Source of the DNA: Escherichia coli
GTDB lineage: Bacteria; Pseudomonadota; Gammaproteobacteria; Enterobacterales; Enterobacteriaceae
Direction: 5' to 3' (one strand)
Length of the DNA: 64,000 nt
NCBI RefSeq assembly: GCF_001677475.2
Contig: NZ_CP015229.1
Part shown: one piece after another, positions 21,715 to 36,915 of the stretch
Position numbering within the stretch: the first letter of the stretch is position 1
How the letters are laid out: the number at the start of each line of letters is the position of its first letter
The notes under the pieces: model-generated
Database searches by the model: none
What the model was told of the DNA's origin: nothing
What the model saw: the letters and a program-made list of their open reading frames with translations, nothing else
Translations under genes and position numbers: made by a program

Positions 21715-22956
21715 ATGAACAAAACGCTAATCGCCGCAGCTGTGGCAGGGATAGTTTTACTCGCTTCAAATGCTCAGGCACAAACCGTACCGGAAGGCTA
21801 TCAACTGCAGCAAGTCCTTATGATGAGCCGCCATAACTTACGTGCGCCGCTGGCGAATAATGGCAGTGTGCTGGAGCAGTCTACGCCGAATAAATGGCCC
21901 GAATGGGACGTCCCCGGTGGGCAACTCACCACCAAAGGTGGCGTGCTCGAAGTGTATATGGGCCATTACATGCGTGAATGGCTGGCAGAGCAGGGGATGG
22001 TGAAATCGGGGGAATGCCCGCCGCCGGACACTGTTTATGCCTATGCCAATAGTCTGCAACGTACCGTTGCGACCGCACAGTTCTTTATTACCGGCGCATT
22101 CCCGGGGTGTGATATTCCTGTGCATCACCAGGAAAAAATGGGCACCATGGACCCAACCTTTAACCCGGTGATCACCGATGATTCCGCTACATTCAGTGAA
22201 CAGGCGGTGGCGGCAATGGAGAAAAAGCTCAGCAAACTCCAGCTTACCGACAGCTACCAGCTACTGGAAAAAATCGTTAACTATAAAGATTCCCCTGCCT
22301 GTAAAGAGAAACAACAGTGTTCGCTGGTGGATGGCAAAAATACCTTTAGCGCGAAGTATCAACAAGAACCAGGTGTTTCCGGGCCGCTGAAAGTCGGCAA
22401 CTCGCTGGTAGATGCGTTTACTTTGCAATACTACGAAGGTTTTCCGATGGATCAGGTGGCCTGGGGAGAAATCAAATCTGACCAGCAATGGAAGGTGTTG
22501 TCGAAGCTGAAAAACGGTTACCAGGACAGCCTGTTTACCTCACCGGAAGTGGCGCGCAATGTTGCGAAACCGCTGGTCAGTTATATCGACAAAGCCCTGG
22601 TCACCGATCGTGCCAGCGCACCGAAAATCACTGTGCTGGTGGGGCATGACTCTAATATTGCCTCGCTGCTCACCGCGCTGGACTTTAAACCCTATCAGTT
22701 GCATGACCAGAACGAACGCACGCCAATTGGCGGCAAAATCGTTTTCCAGCGTTGGCATGACAGCAAAGCCAATCGTGATTTGATGAAAATTGAATATGTT
22801 TATCAAAGTGCGGAACAGTTGCGTAATGCCGACGCGTTAACGTTACAGGCTCCGGCTCAGCGGGTGACGCTGGAATTAAGCGGTTGCCCGATAGATGCCA
22901 ACGGTTTTTGCCCAATGGATAAGTTTGATAGCGTGTTGAATGAAGCGGTGAAATAA
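21715..22956 (+). CDS. agp: Periplasmic glucose-1-phosphatase Agp (histidine acid phosphatase)
   Basis: ORF 21691..22956; signal peptide then RHNLRAP histidine acid phosphatase motif; start trimmed to [12 protein letters not shown]. Confidence 0.9.
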   Translation: MNKTLIAAAVAGIVLLASNAQAQTVPEGYQLQQVLMMSRHNLRAPLANNGSVLEQSTPNKWPEWDVPGGQLTTKGGVLEVYMGHYMREWLAEQGMVKSGECPPPDTVYAYANSLQRTVATAQFFITGAFPGCDIPVHHQEKMGTMDPTFNPVITDDSATFSEQAVAAMEKKLSKLQLTDSYQLLEKIVNYKDSPACKEKQQCSLVDGKNTFSAKYQQEPGVSGPLKVGNSLVDAFTLQYYEGFPMDQVAWGEIKSDQQWKVLSKLKNGYQDSLFTSPEVARNVAKPLVSYIDKALVTDRASAPKITVLVGHDSNIASLLTALDFKPYQLHDQNERTPIGGKIVFQRWHDSKANRDLMKIEYVYQSAEQLRNADALTLQAPAQRVTLELSGCPIDANGFCPMDKFDSVLNEAVK

Positions 22957-22962
22957 CAGAAA

Positions 22963-22986
22963 GCCCCCCCGCGTGAAGCGGGGGAG
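22963..22986. terminator. GC-rich hairpin between convergent agp and yccJ
   Basis: CCCCCCGC-GTGAA-GCGGGGG stem-loop immediately after the agp stop. Confidence 0.6.
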
Positions 22987-22993
22987 TCGCTGG

Positions 22994-23221
22994 TTAAACG
23001 TTTTTACGTTCGATGGTCTGTTCGCCCCAAAAAAGCGAATCTTTATCGGTCTTAGCAAAGGCTTTGACTAACACTTCATCGCTACCTTCTTCCCAAATCT
23101 TTTCCGCCATTTTTTCGTCGTACCCGGCGACTTCGAAAATGGCCTCGGCTATTTCCGGCGACGTATTGCGCAGAGATGCCCATTCACCGACGTGATGAGC
23201 TTTCGCTTCTTGAGTTGGCAT
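22994..23221 (-). CDS. yccJ: Small protein YccJ
   Basis: 75-aa [32 protein letters not shown]...; immediately downstream of wrbA. Confidence 0.8.
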
Positions 23222-23241
23222 GCGTATCCTCCTGTTGAAGA

Positions 23242-23856
<615 letters not shown>

Positions 23857-24210
23857 TTATCTCTATTCCGTAGCGATTCGCTACCACTTATTTAAAGATA
23901 AGACGTCCTTTTCAGAGTGCAAATTTCACAACCACTTATTTGATTTATAACAACTTTCACAAGCACGTAATTTTGTCGCAAAATGACACATTTTTATCTC
24001 ATCGCGTTTTTTTAATCATAAGAGCGGCTTATGGATAATTATTGGAGATGATATCTATTCTCGCTAAGAAGCTGTTGCAGGATATTACCAAACGCGGGTC
24101 TGCCCGCGTCAGTTCACTAAGCTTAGTCCCACGTAGCGAAAATATGGCAGCCGCCATACGCCGCGTTAATTCTATGCAATATGATGTCTATACCCAGACG
24201 GAGGTCAGTA

Positions 24211-24384
24211 ATGGCAAACCATCGAGGCGGTTCCGGCAATTTTGCAGAAGACCGCGAAAGAGCATCAGAAGCAGGTAAAAAAGGTGGACAGCACAGCGGG
24301 GGTAATTTCAAAAATGACCCGCAGCGCGCATCTGAAGCAGGTAAAAAAGGTGGCAAGAGCAGTCACGGCAAAAGCGACAACTAG
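24211..24384 (+). CDS. ymdF: Stress-induced small hydrophilic protein YmdF (KGG repeats)
   Basis: ORF 24181..24384; internal Met gives MANHRGGSGNFAEDRERASEAGKKGGQHSGGNF... with repeated ASEAGKKGG motifs. Confidence 0.75.
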   Translation: MANHRGGSGNFAEDRERASEAGKKGGQHSGGNFKNDPQRASEAGKKGGKSSHGKSDN

Positions 24385-24436
24385 CCGGGCTAATCAATGA
24401 CGCATGCATTTTTGTCTGAAGCTCGTCAAAAAGTCA

Positions 24437-24469
24437 TCACCGCCGGTTACCCGGCGGTTTTCTGTTTTA
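24437..24469. terminator. Hairpin plus T-run between convergent ymdF and rutG
   Basis: CACCGCCGG-TTAC-CCGGCGG followed by TTTTCTGTTTT. Confidence 0.6.
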
Positions 24470-25795
24470 TGGCTCCTGATGAACAACTTCTGGCGGTGGA
24501 ACGTCAACCAACCTTCTGCTTAACAACGCATTGAGTAAAATCGCGCCAAAGGTTGCTGTACCGATCCCTCCCAACGTAAAACCGCCCAGCGTGAGAGCAA
24601 AATCACCCGCGCCCAGCACTAAGGTTACTGCGACCATAATCAAATTACCGTTCTGGCTTAAATCGACACGGTTTTGTACCCAGATCCTTGCGCCTGCGAC
24701 GGCAATCAGCCCGAACACAACAATTGAAGCACCACCAATCACCGCGGCCGGAATGGTATGGATCAGCGCGCCAAATTTCGGTGAAAAGCCCAACAGCATA
24801 GCGATGACGGCAGCAGCGACAAACACCAGCGTCGAGTAGACTTTTGTCACGGCCATTACACCGATATTCTCGGCGTAGGTGGTTACGCCGCTGCCACCGA
24901 CAGAACCAGAAAGCATCGTCGCCAGCCCATCACCGACGAATGCCCGTCCCATATACGGATCCATATTGCGTCCGGTCATCCCGGCGACCGCCTTGAGATG
25001 GCCTAAGTTTTCCGCCACCAGAATCACCGCCACGGGCGCAATCAGCATCATTGCCTGACCATTAAAAGCAGGAGTGGAAAAATGTGGCAAACCGAACCAG
25101 GCAGCATGGCTGACGAGAGTAAAATCGACGGCTTTTCCCAGCCCTAAAACGTTGGTCATCACGCCATACAGCAGACAGGCGACAATTAATCCTACGAGAA
25201 TCAATAACCGCTGGATCATGCCACGGGTAAACACCGCTACCAGCCCAATACACAGCACCGTCATTACCGCCATCCAGCTATCAAAGGCCGAAGCCGATAC
25301 ACTTTTCACTGCGATAGGCGCTAAGTTCAGGCCAATCGCCATCACCACCGCACCCGTCACCACCGGCGGCATTAGCCGTTCAATCCAGCGCGTACCGATT
25401 TTCATCACCACCAGGCCAATGACGGCATAAACCAGCCCACAGGCGATAATCCCGCCCAGCGCAATGCTGATATTCGGGTTAATGCCCTGACCGTTAAAGC
25501 CCGTCGCGGCGATCACCACGCCGACAAAAGCCGCGCTGGAACCGAGATAACTGGGGACGCGTCCGCCGGTAATAAAGAAAAACAGTAACGTGCCGATCCC
25601 CGACATTAAAATGGAAAGGTTGGGATCCAGCCCCATAAGAATCGGCATTAACACCGTCGCGCCAAACATCGCCACCGCGTGTTGAACGCCCATTATTGCC
25701 GTCTGAGCAAACGGCAATCGTTCATCCGGCGCGACCACGCCGCTCTCTGTAGAGGTCGATTTTAACTGCCAGTGAGGAAAACCGAACATTGCCAT
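24467..25795 (-). CDS. rutG: Pyrimidine permease RutG (NCS2 family)
   Basis: ORF 24467..25822, about 12 TM segments; start trimmed to MAMFGFPHWQLK (442 aa). Confidence 0.85.
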   Translation of the reverse strand: MAMFGFPHWQLKSTSTESGVVAPDERLPFAQTAIMGVQHAVAMFGATVLMPILMGLDPNLSILMSGIGTLLFFFITGGRVPSYLGSSAAFVGVVIAATGFNGQGINPNISIALGGIIACGLVYAVIGLVVMKIGTRWIERLMPPVVTGAVVMAIGLNLAPIAVKSVSASAFDSWMAVMTVLCIGLVAVFTRGMIQRLLILVGLIVACLLYGVMTNVLGLGKAVDFTLVSHAAWFGLPHFSTPAFNGQAMMLIAPVAVILVAENLGHLKAVAGMTGRNMDPYMGRAFVGDGLATMLSGSVGGSGVTTYAENIGVMAVTKVYSTLVFVAAAVIAMLLGFSPKFGALIHTIPAAVIGGASIVVFGLIAVAGARIWVQNRVDLSQNGNLIMVAVTLVLGAGDFALTLGGFTLGGIGTATFGAILLNALLSRRLVDVPPPEVVHQEP

Positions 25796-25815
25796 CAGCT
25801 GTCTCCTTAAGGAGG

Positions 25816-26310
25816 TTAACAAGCAGGGCGCATCAGCGCGTGATAACTGCGATCAAACCACACCAGCCCGTAGGGGGTGGCGTGACGATGAATCGCTTCG
25901 ATGGCGCAAAACAAAATGTCGTGGGTGCCGACGCTCACCACCTGGCTGATACGGCAGTCAAACGAAACCAGTGCTTCTTCCAGTTGCGGGCATCCGGTCA
26001 CACCAGTCTGCCAGCGGGCGGCGGCAAAGCGGTGTTCCATGGGCGTTTTGCCGCCAAAAAGGTTTGAAAGCGGTTCCTGCCCGGCGCTAAGTGTATTTAC
26101 ACACAGCGTTCGATTTTCATTGAATACCGGCCAGACGGACGCCCCACGATTCAGGCACACCAGTAATGTGGGCGGCGTATCGGTCACGCTGCAGACGGCG
26201 CTGGCGGTGAACCCGGCGCGCCCGGCTGGACCGTCCGTGGTGATGATATTGACCGCCGCGCCCATGCAGGACATCGCATCGCGAAAAGTTTGTTGATCGA
26301 CAATGTTCAT
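25816..26310 (-). CDS. rutF: Flavin reductase RutF
   Basis: ORF 25816..26391; conserved [33 protein letters not shown] flavin-reductase N-terminus begins at the internal Met. Confidence 0.8.
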
Positions 26311-26320
26311 AGTTTGCTCC

Positions 26321-26911
26321 TTACAACAGCCCGCAGGCTTCTTCAAAGGACAGACGTGGCAGGCGCGCATAAAGCTTGCTGCTATCGCCATAGCCGATAT
26401 TAATCAGCAGATTGCTCTTCAGCGTGCTGCCCGTAAAAAAGGCGTCGTCCACGTGTTGACGGTCAAAGCCGGACATCGGGCCGGTATCCAGCCCCAGCGC
26501 CCGGCAGGCGACGATCAGATAGGCCGCCTGCATGGAACTGTTGCGAAACGCTGTTTCTTCGGCAAGTTGTGGGCTGGAGGTAAACCAACTGCGGGCATCG
26601 CCGTGAGGAAACAGCTGTGGTAACCGTTCATAAAATTCACTGTCCCAGGCGACGATCGCGGTGACGGGCGCGGTCAGGGTTTTTTGCCGATTGCCGCTGG
26701 AAAGCGCCGGGCGCAGACGTTCTTTTCCTTCTGCAGTGCGGATAAACACGATCCGTGCCGGAGAACAGTTAGCTGATGTCGGCCCCCATTTCATCAGGGC
26801 ATAAATCTCCCGTAACGTCTCATCGCTGACGGGTGTCTCCCGCCAGCCGTTGTGAGTGCGGGCATCGGTGAACAGGGTGCTAAGCGCACCTGGGCTAACG
26901 GCTTCGTTCAT
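26321..26911 (-). CDS. rutE: Nitroreductase-family protein RutE
   Basis: 196-aa ORF; position in rut operon. Confidence 0.8.
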   Translation of the reverse strand: MNEAVSPGALSTLFTDARTHNGWRETPVSDETLREIYALMKWGPTSANCSPARIVFIRTAEGKERLRPALSSGNRQKTLTAPVTAIVAWDSEFYERLPQLFPHGDARSWFTSSPQLAEETAFRNSSMQAAYLIVACRALGLDTGPMSGFDRQHVDDAFFTGSTLKSNLLINIGYGDSSKLYARLPRLSFEEACGLL

Positions 26912-27720
26912 AGCAATTCCTTACAGGCGGCTTCACGGTGATGTAACAGGCTGGTAAGCCCGTTGAGTAACAGAGCATTAAACGTTTCGGGATCGGTCAC
27001 GTTGCAGGCGTGTCCGCCATAGCGCATCACCATTTTCTGGCTATCGGGCAGGGCGGCATGAAGTTCACTGGAACATGCTGATGGCACGAGCAGATCATCA
27101 CTGGCGCAGATGATTTGCACCGGGCAGCGAATGCGATCCGCATGGCGACTAAAGTCAGCGCGTTTGAGGGCGTTAAGTCGACGCAGTAAATTATTTTTGC
27201 CCTGAAAATGCGCCAGTGCCAGCGCGTCTTCAGCTTCCAGGCGAGGTGCGCGGGCCGCCATCCAGTCGGCGGGATAGAGGAACAATGGCTGCGCTTCCAC
27301 CCATGCCTGCGCGCCGCCGCTATACAGTAATCGTTCGCGAACCTGAAAACAGCGGCGCGTATGGGCGTTTATTCGTAGCCAGCCGTTAATGCTGACCAAC
27401 ATAGTTACCGACGCGGGATAATCCAGCGCCAGCTGCATTCCCACCAGCGCACCGAGCGCATGGCCGACCACCGCGTAACGCTCAATCCCCGCGGCTACCA
27501 GCGCCTGATGCAGTTCCGCTGCCATCTGGGTGATACTGTAATCTTCTGCCAGCGTGTCGGGATTATTGCCGGTGCCGCGCTGGTCGTAACAGACTATCTG
27601 ATACTCCTGCTCCAGCACCGCCAGTTGCGGTAACCAGTAACTGCCGCTACCGCCAAGACCCGAAATCAACACCACTACGGGCGCATCAGCATAAGGGGGA
27701 GGTGAGAGTGAAAGTTTCAT
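26908..27720 (-). CDS. rutD: Alpha/beta hydrolase RutD
   Basis: ORF 26908..27747 with GHALGA nucleophile-elbow motif; exact start uncertain. Confidence 0.75.
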   Translation of the reverse strand: MKLSLSPPPYADAPVVVLISGLGGSGSYWLPQLAVLEQEYQIVCYDQRGTGNNPDTLAEDYSITQMAAELHQALVAAGIERYAVVGHALGALVGMQLALDYPASVTMLVSINGWLRINAHTRRCFQVRERLLYSGGAQAWVEAQPLFLYPADWMAARAPRLEAEDALALAHFQGKNNLLRRLNALKRADFSRHADRIRCPVQIICASDDLLVPSACSSELHAALPDSQKMVMRYGGHACNVTDPETFNALLLNGLTSLLHHREAACKELL

Positions 27721-27727
27721 CGCGGCC

Positions 27728-28114
27728 TCACTTGGCGATATGCGCAATTGTGGCGATTTCCACCAGCGCGTCAGGTTTTACCAGTCCGCACTGAATGCAG
27801 AATCGCGCCGGTTTATCACCCGGAAAAAACTCGGCGTAGATTTCGTTAATCGCGGCGTAATTTTTCCAGTCGGTAATAAAGATGCTGTTGAAGGTCACAT
27901 CCGCCATCGTGCCACCCGCCGTCTCGATCACCTTGCGGATAGTTTCCAGAACGTGGCGGGTTTGCGCCTTTGGGTCATCGGCAAACAGCACGTTATTATG
28001 TTGATCAAAAGCCAGCGTGCCGGAGACATACACCACGCCATCAGCCAGCGTGCCGGGAACGAAGGGGGCCAGCGGTGCGCTGCTGCCAGCGGGAATAATT
28101 ACGGATTTTGGCAT
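27728..28114 (-). CDS. rutC: RidA/YjgF-family aminoacrylate deaminase RutC
   Basis: 128-aa ORF; rut operon position. Confidence 0.8.
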
Positions 28115-28125
28115 CGTTAAACTCC

Positions 28126-29966
<1,841 letters not shown>

Positions 29967-29993
29967 ATCCTTTTCAGCCGCGTAATGGTTTGT

Positions 29994-30010
29994 TTGCAAA
30001 GCGGATGCCA
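29994..30010 (-). promoter_or_regulatory. Sigma-54 (-24/-12) promoter for rutA
   Basis: Reverse strand reads TGGCAT-ccgct-TTGCA, matching the TGGCAC-N5-TTGCW consensus just upstream of rutA. Confidence 0.7.
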
Positions 30011-30074
30011 GTTTTTAAAAAGTGAATGTTATTAATGTGTTAATGTTAAGTTGTCTAAAATATCTGGAAAAAAG

Positions 30075-30090
30075 TGGACTAAACGGTCAA
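30075..30090. promoter_or_regulatory. Candidate RutR operator in the rutA-rutR intergenic region
   Basis: TGGACTAAACGGTCAA resembles the palindromic TTGACCAnnTGGTCAA RutR box. Confidence 0.45.
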
Positions 30091-30196
30091 AAAAGTTGCA
30101 CATAAAACATGCATCCGTGCGCGATGAGAGTGCAGAAGGTCGAGGCCGGGCGGGGGTTTTGCTATCCTGTTGCCAATCTACAAGAGGGGAGAGCGC

Positions 30197-30835
30197 ATGA
30201 CGCAAGGCGCAGTGAAAACAACGGGTAAACGTTCGCGCGCAGTAAGCGCGAAGAAAAAAGCGATTCTTAGCGCAGCACTGGACACTTTTTCACAATTCGG
30301 TTTTCACGGCACAAGGCTGGAGCAGATCGCAGAGTTGGCGGGTGTTTCAAAAACCAATCTGCTGTATTACTTTCCGTCAAAAGAGGCGCTGTATATTGCC
30401 GTGCTGCGGCAGATTCTCGATATCTGGCTGGCACCGTTAAAAGCGTTTCGTGAAGATTTCGCCCCGCTGGCGGCGATCAAAGAGTACATCCGTCTGAAGC
30501 TGGAAGTCTCACGCGATTATCCGCAGGCTTCGCGCCTGTTCTGTATGGAGATGCTGGCAGGCGCGCCGCTGTTAATGGATGAACTGACGGGCGATTTGAA
30601 GGCATTAATTGATGAGAAATCGGCGCTGATTGCCGGTTGGGTCAAAAGCGGCAAACTCGCGCCGATTGATCCGCAGCATTTGATTTTTATGATTTGGGCT
30701 TCCACTCAACATTACGCCGATTTCGCCCCTCAGGTGGAGGCGGTGACAGGCGCGACGTTGCGCGATGAGATATTTTTCAATCAAACGGTTGAAAACGTGC
30801 AGCGGATTATTATTGAGGGGATTCGACCACGTTAA
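30197..30835 (+). CDS. rutR: TetR-family pyrimidine regulator RutR
   Basis: ORF 30170..30835; TetR HTH (LEQIAELAGVSKTNLLYYFPSKEAL); start trimmed to MTQGAVKTTGK. Confidence 0.85.
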   Translation: MTQGAVKTTGKRSRAVSAKKKAILSAALDTFSQFGFHGTRLEQIAELAGVSKTNLLYYFPSKEALYIAVLRQILDIWLAPLKAFREDFAPLAAIKEYIRLKLEVSRDYPQASRLFCMEMLAGAPLLMDELTGDLKALIDEKSALIAGWVKSGKLAPIDPQHLIFMIWASTQHYADFAPQVEAVTGATLRDEIFFNQTVENVQRIIIEGIRPR

Positions 30836-30874
30836 AGATGCCGGAGGAGGTTGTAACATCCTCCGGCTACCTGT

Positions 30875-33800
30875 TTAACCGATCGTCATTAAACTGGCGT
30901 TACCGCCAGCGGCAGCGGTATTCACACTCAGCGAACGTTCGATATACAGCCGTTCCAGCAGGATATTGCTTTCGCCACGGGCAAAACCTTGCACCGAAAC
31001 AATTGCGCCATCCCGCGCGGCAACGGCTTCACACAATGCGCGAAGCTGATCCGAATCACCGTGGAAGATCACCGCATCAAAGGGTTGAGCGGTTATATTT
31101 TCCGCTTTCGCCAGTTGAATACGTTCGCTGACTGCCGATGGCAATGCCTTCACTAACTGACGATGCAGCGCGTCATCCGGCCACAGTACCTGGCTGCCCA
31201 CCGCCAGCACGGCGGCGAGCTGAGTCAGCGCATCCTGTTCATCATCCGCGATACACAATACGCGCTCACGCGGCAGCAGTGTCCAGGTGTTGCGTTCACC
31301 CGTCGGCCCCGGCAGCAATCGTTGTGTTCCTGCCTGCGCCAGCTCGCCATATTGCGTACATAACGCCTGCAGTTCTGGACGATTTGCTGCCCATTCCCGC
31401 AGTGCATTTAGCGGCTGAGTCAATGCAGCTTTCAACTGCGCATCGACCGGATACTCTGCATCCTGACGCGCGAGCGTCACTGCCAGCGCACTTTCCGGGC
31501 GATTCGCCAGCAGACGGTAGAGATAGAGCGGACCGCCTGCTTTTGGCCCGGTGCCGGACAACCCTTCGCCGCCGAACGGCTGCACACCCACCACTGCGCC
31601 CACCATATTACGGTTAACATACAGGTTACCAACATGGGCCGAGCCAGTGACCTGGGCGATGGTTTCATCAATGCGCGTATGGACGCCAAGCGTCAGACCA
31701 TAGCCGGAAGCGTTAATCTGCTCGATCAGCTCCGGCAGCTGGTTACGGTTATAACGCACCACATGCAGCACCGGACCAAAGACCTCTTTTTGCAATTCGG
31801 CAAAATCATCCAGTTCGATCAGCGTCGGGGCGACAAAGGTGCCACTTTGCCATTCACGGGCATCTTCACTGTTTTCCCGCACCGCCTGGAACACCGGACG
31901 GCCTTTGCTACGCATGGTCTGAATATGGCGCTCGATATTGGCTTTCGCTTCGCTATCAATCACAGGACCGATATCGGTGGTCAGGCGACCCGGATTACCC
32001 ATCCGGCATTCGGCCATTGCACCGCGCAGCATTTTCAACGTGTGGTCGGCAATCTCATCTTGCAGGCACAGTACACGCAGCGCCGAACAACGCTGGCCTG
32101 CACTGTCGAACGCCGAGGCCAGCACATCTATTACTACTTGTTCGGTCAGTGCTGAAGAATCGACAATCATCGCGTTCATGCCGCCGGTTTCAGCGATGAG
32201 CGGAATAGGGCGACCCTGAGCGTCCAGGCGGCTGGCGATATTGCGTTGCAGTAACGTAGCGACTTCGGTTGAACCGGTAAACATCACCCCGCGCACGCGT
32301 TCATCACCCGTCAGTTGCGCACCCACGGTTTCACCCCGACCTGGCAGCAATTGCACCACGCCTGGCGGTACACCCGCCTCCACCAAAATGGCAATCCCTT
32401 GCGCGGCAATCAGCGGCGTTTGTTCTGCCGGTTTTGCCAGTACGCTGTTACCTGCCGCCAGTGCGGCAGCGATCTGCCCGGTGAAAATCGCCAGCGGGAA
32501 GTTCCACGGACTGATACATACCACAGGCCCTAATGGACGGTGGGTTTCGTTAGCGAAATCATCCCGCACCTGTCCGGCGTAGTAGTGGAGAAAATCGACC
32601 GCTTCGCGCACTTCGGCAATGGCGTTACTGAAGGTTTTTCCGGCTTCACGCACCAGAATACCAATCAGTTGCTGCATCTGGCTTTCCATCAGCACGGCAG
32701 CGCGGTGCAAAATCGCTGCGCGTTCAGCCGGAGGCGTGGCAAACCAGATTGGCGCGTTATTAACCGCACTTTCCAGCGCCTGTTCTACTTCACGCGGCGT
32801 GGCTTCACGCACATAGCCCACAATATCTTTCGGTTCCGCAGGGTTAATAACGGGCGACATCTCACCAGCCGTGACCGGTTGTTCCAGCATTGGCAAGGCC
32901 TGCCATTTTTGCAGTGCACTATTGAGCAGGGCAGAAGAGAGCGAGGCCAGACGGTGTTCGTTAGCGAGATCCAGCCCTGCCGAGTTGTCGCGCCCGTGAC
33001 CGTAAAGATCGCGCGGCAGGGGAATTTTCGGATGCGGTAATCCAGTTTGCCCTTCCTGTTGCGCCAGTTTTTCTACAGCAGTGACCGGATCGGCAACCAG
33101 TTCATCCAGGGGCAAAGAGGTGTCAGCAATACGGTTAACAAACGAGGTGTTAGCACCGTTTTCCAGCAGGCGACGCACCAGATACGCCAGCAGCGTTTCA
33201 TGGGTACCGACCGGAGCATAAATACGACACGGACGGTTAAGTTTGCCGTCGGCAACTTTCCCGGTGACCTGCTCATACAGTGGCTCGCCCATACCATGCA
33301 GGCACTGGAACTCGTACTGACCCGGATAGTAGTTTTGACCCGCCAGTTGATAAATTGCCGCCAGCGTATGGGCGTTGTGCGTCGCGAACTGCGGGTAGAT
33401 TAGATTTGGCACTGCCAGCAGCTTTTTCGCACAGGCAAGATAAGAAACGTCGGTATACACCTTGCGGGTATAAACCGGATAACCTTCAAGGCCGTCCATC
33501 TGTGCACGCTTGATTTCACTATCCCAGTACGCGCCTTTCACCAGGCGAATCATCAGACGGCGACGGCTGCGGGTGGCGAGATCAATCAGGTAATCGATCA
33601 CCAACGGGCAGCGTTTTTGATAAGCCTGAATAACAAAACCGATGCCGTTCCAGCCTGCCAGTTCTGGTTCGAAACAGAGTTTTTCCAGCAGATCGAGGGA
33701 GATCTCCAGACGATCGGCCTCTTCGGCGTCAATGTTGATACCAATATCGTACTGACGCGCCAGCAGGGTGAGTGATTTCAGACGCGGGTAAAGCTCTTCC

Positions 33801-34837
33801 ATTACCCGGTCATACTGGGCGCGGCTGTAACGCGGATGCAGCGCTGACAGTTTGATTGAAATGCCCGGACCTTCATAGATGCCACGACCATTGGACGCTT
33901 TACCAATGGCGTGAATCGCCTGCTGATAGGAAACCATATACGCCTGTGCATCTGCGGCGGTCAGCGCGGCTTCGCCCAGCATATCGTAAGAGTAACGGAA
34001 ACCTTTCTCTTCCAGCTTGCGGGCATTGGCTAACGCTTCCGCGATGGTTTCGCCAGTGACGAACTGCTCGCCCATCAGGCGCATCGCCATATCCACACCT
34101 TTGCGGATCAGCGGTTCACCGCTCTTACCGATAATGCGGTTCAGCGAGCGGGAGAGGCTGGCTTCGTTATGGGTGGAAACCAGTTTGCCAGTAAACAGCA
34201 GCCCCCAGGTCGCGGCATTAACAAACAGGGACGGGCTACGACCAATGTGTGACTGCCAGTTACCGTTGCTGATTTTGTCGCGAATTAACGCGTCGCGGGT
34301 GGCTTTGTCGGGAATACGCAACAACGCTTCTGCCAGACACATCAGCGCCACGCCTTCCTGCGATGACAGCGAAAACTCCTGCAATAACCCCTGGACCATA
34401 CCTGCGCGACCACTGGCATTTTTTTGATTACGCAGTTTATCGGCCAGTTGATATGCCAGTTTATGCGCCTGTTCAGCAATCGGCTGCGGCAGGCGAGCTT
34501 GTTCCAGCAACATAGAAACCGCTTCGGTTTCCGGGCGGCGATAGGCAGCGGTGATCGCGGCGCGGGAAACCGACTGGGGCAAAATTTGCTCGGCAAAGTC
34601 GAGGAAAGGCTGGTGTGGTTCCTCTGCCGGAGTCGGTGCTTCATCGCTCTCATTGGCAGCGCCAGAAAGCAGCGCAGGTAGCTCCGGCAGAGTATCGCTG
34701 TTTTCCAGTTGTTCAAGATAAGAAAAAATCGCCTGTTTAATTAACCAGTGTGGCGTGCGATCGATACGTGTCGCGGCAGACTTAATACGCTCACGCGTCG
34801 CGTCGTCCAGCTTAACCCCCATGGTGGTGGTTCCCAT
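30875..34837 (-). CDS. putA: Bifunctional proline dehydrogenase / P5C dehydrogenase and repressor PutA
   Basis: ORF 30875..34903; ribbon-helix-helix N-terminus, PRODH and aldehyde dehydrogenase domains; start trimmed to MGTTTMGVKLDD (1320 aa). Confidence 0.9.
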   Translation of the reverse strand: MGTTTMGVKLDDATRERIKSAATRIDRTPHWLIKQAIFSYLEQLENSDTLPELPALLSGAANESDEAPTPAEEPHQPFLDFAEQILPQSVSRAAITAAYRRPETEAVSMLLEQARLPQPIAEQAHKLAYQLADKLRNQKNASGRAGMVQGLLQEFSLSSQEGVALMCLAEALLRIPDKATRDALIRDKISNGNWQSHIGRSPSLFVNAATWGLLFTGKLVSTHNEASLSRSLNRIIGKSGEPLIRKGVDMAMRLMGEQFVTGETIAEALANARKLEEKGFRYSYDMLGEAALTAADAQAYMVSYQQAIHAIGKASNGRGIYEGPGISIKLSALHPRYSRAQYDRVMEELYPRLKSLTLLARQYDIGINIDAEEADRLEISLDLLEKLCFEPELAGWNGIGFVIQAYQKRCPLVIDYLIDLATRSRRRLMIRLVKGAYWDSEIKRAQMDGLEGYPVYTRKVYTDVSYLACAKKLLAVPNLIYPQFATHNAHTLAAIYQLAGQNYYPGQYEFQCLHGMGEPLYEQVTGKVADGKLNRPCRIYAPVGTHETLLAYLVRRLLENGANTSFVNRIADTSLPLDELVADPVTAVEKLAQQEGQTGLPHPKIPLPRDLYGHGRDNSAGLDLANEHRLASLSSALLNSALQKWQALPMLEQPVTAGEMSPVINPAEPKDIVGYVREATPREVEQALESAVNNAPIWFATPPAERAAILHRAAVLMESQMQQLIGILVREAGKTFSNAIAEVREAVDFLHYYAGQVRDDFANETHRPLGPVVCISPWNFPLAIFTGQIAAALAAGNSVLAKPAEQTPLIAAQGIAILVEAGVPPGVVQLLPGRGETVGAQLTGDERVRGVMFTGSTEVATLLQRNIASRLDAQGRPIPLIAETGGMNAMIVDSSALTEQVVIDVLASAFDSAGQRCSALRVLCLQDEIADHTLKMLRGAMAECRMGNPGRLTTDIGPVIDSEAKANIERHIQTMRSKGRPVFQAVRENSEDAREWQSGTFVAPTLIELDDFAELQKEVFGPVLHVVRYNRNQLPELIEQINASGYGLTLGVHTRIDETIAQVTGSAHVGNLYVNRNMVGAVVGVQPFGGEGLSGTGPKAGGPLYLYRLLANRPESALAVTLARQDAEYPVDAQLKAALTQPLNALREWAANRPELQALCTQYGELAQAGTQRLLPGPTGERNTWTLLPRERVLCIADDEQDALTQLAAVLAVGSQVLWPDDALHRQLVKALPSAVSERIQLAKAENITAQPFDAVIFHGDSDQLRALCEAVAARDGAIVSVQGFARGESNILLERLYIERSLSVNTAAAGGNASLMTIG

Positions 34838-34849
34838 GCCATTACTCCT

Positions 34850-35075
34850 GTTGTTCTGAAAGGTGCAACTTAACGTTATCGTGAAATATCCATGATGTTG
34901 CAACTTTGTGCAACTATGTTAAATGTGACCTGCGTAGCAAGCTTAAAAATGAATGAAATGTTAATAAAAGAAATCGATATGACAGGGATTAAAAAAATAA
35001 CTCAGACTTTTTCTCTGCGGCAGTTAACATTTTTGAAAGGTGCAACCGCAAAAAATGTGAGAGAGTGCAACCTGA
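34850..35075. promoter_or_regulatory. put control region with repeated PutA operator hexamers GTTGCA/TGCAAC
   Basis: At least five GTTGCA/TGCAAC hexamers in the divergent putA-putP intergenic region, around 34864, 34898, 34909, 35041 and 35067. Confidence 0.75.
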
Positions 35076-35259
35076 TGAAAAATAGTGTCGCTGAGCACTA
35101 AAATTTAATGTAAATGGTGTGTTAAATCGATTGTGAATAACCAGCGCTTCCGGCAGGATACGGTCGCCCTGGTAAAACATAAACTCTGTTACCCCGTTCC
35201 GGTGGCAGATATAACGGCAAGTTTCGACATTGCCGATAATAATTTTTTGGAGACTTTAG

Positions 35260-36768
<1,509 letters not shown>

Positions 36769-36915
36769 TCTGAAGAGCAATTATTTATCTTTTGCTTTTT
36801 AACCCGAATGTTCCCTGCCATGCCGTATAAATTGCCTGGCAGGGAGTGTTCGGGACAATTGCTATTTGCCCACCTGGCACAGATGAACAAAATTGCCGCT
36901 ATCGGTACCTTCAGC

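Noticed and set aside
31138-34716. Many ORFs of 60-173 aa on both strands inside putA
   Set aside because: All lie within the 1320-codon putA reading frame or antisense to it; Arg/Pro/Ala-rich products typical of spurious ORFs in GC-rich coding sequence.
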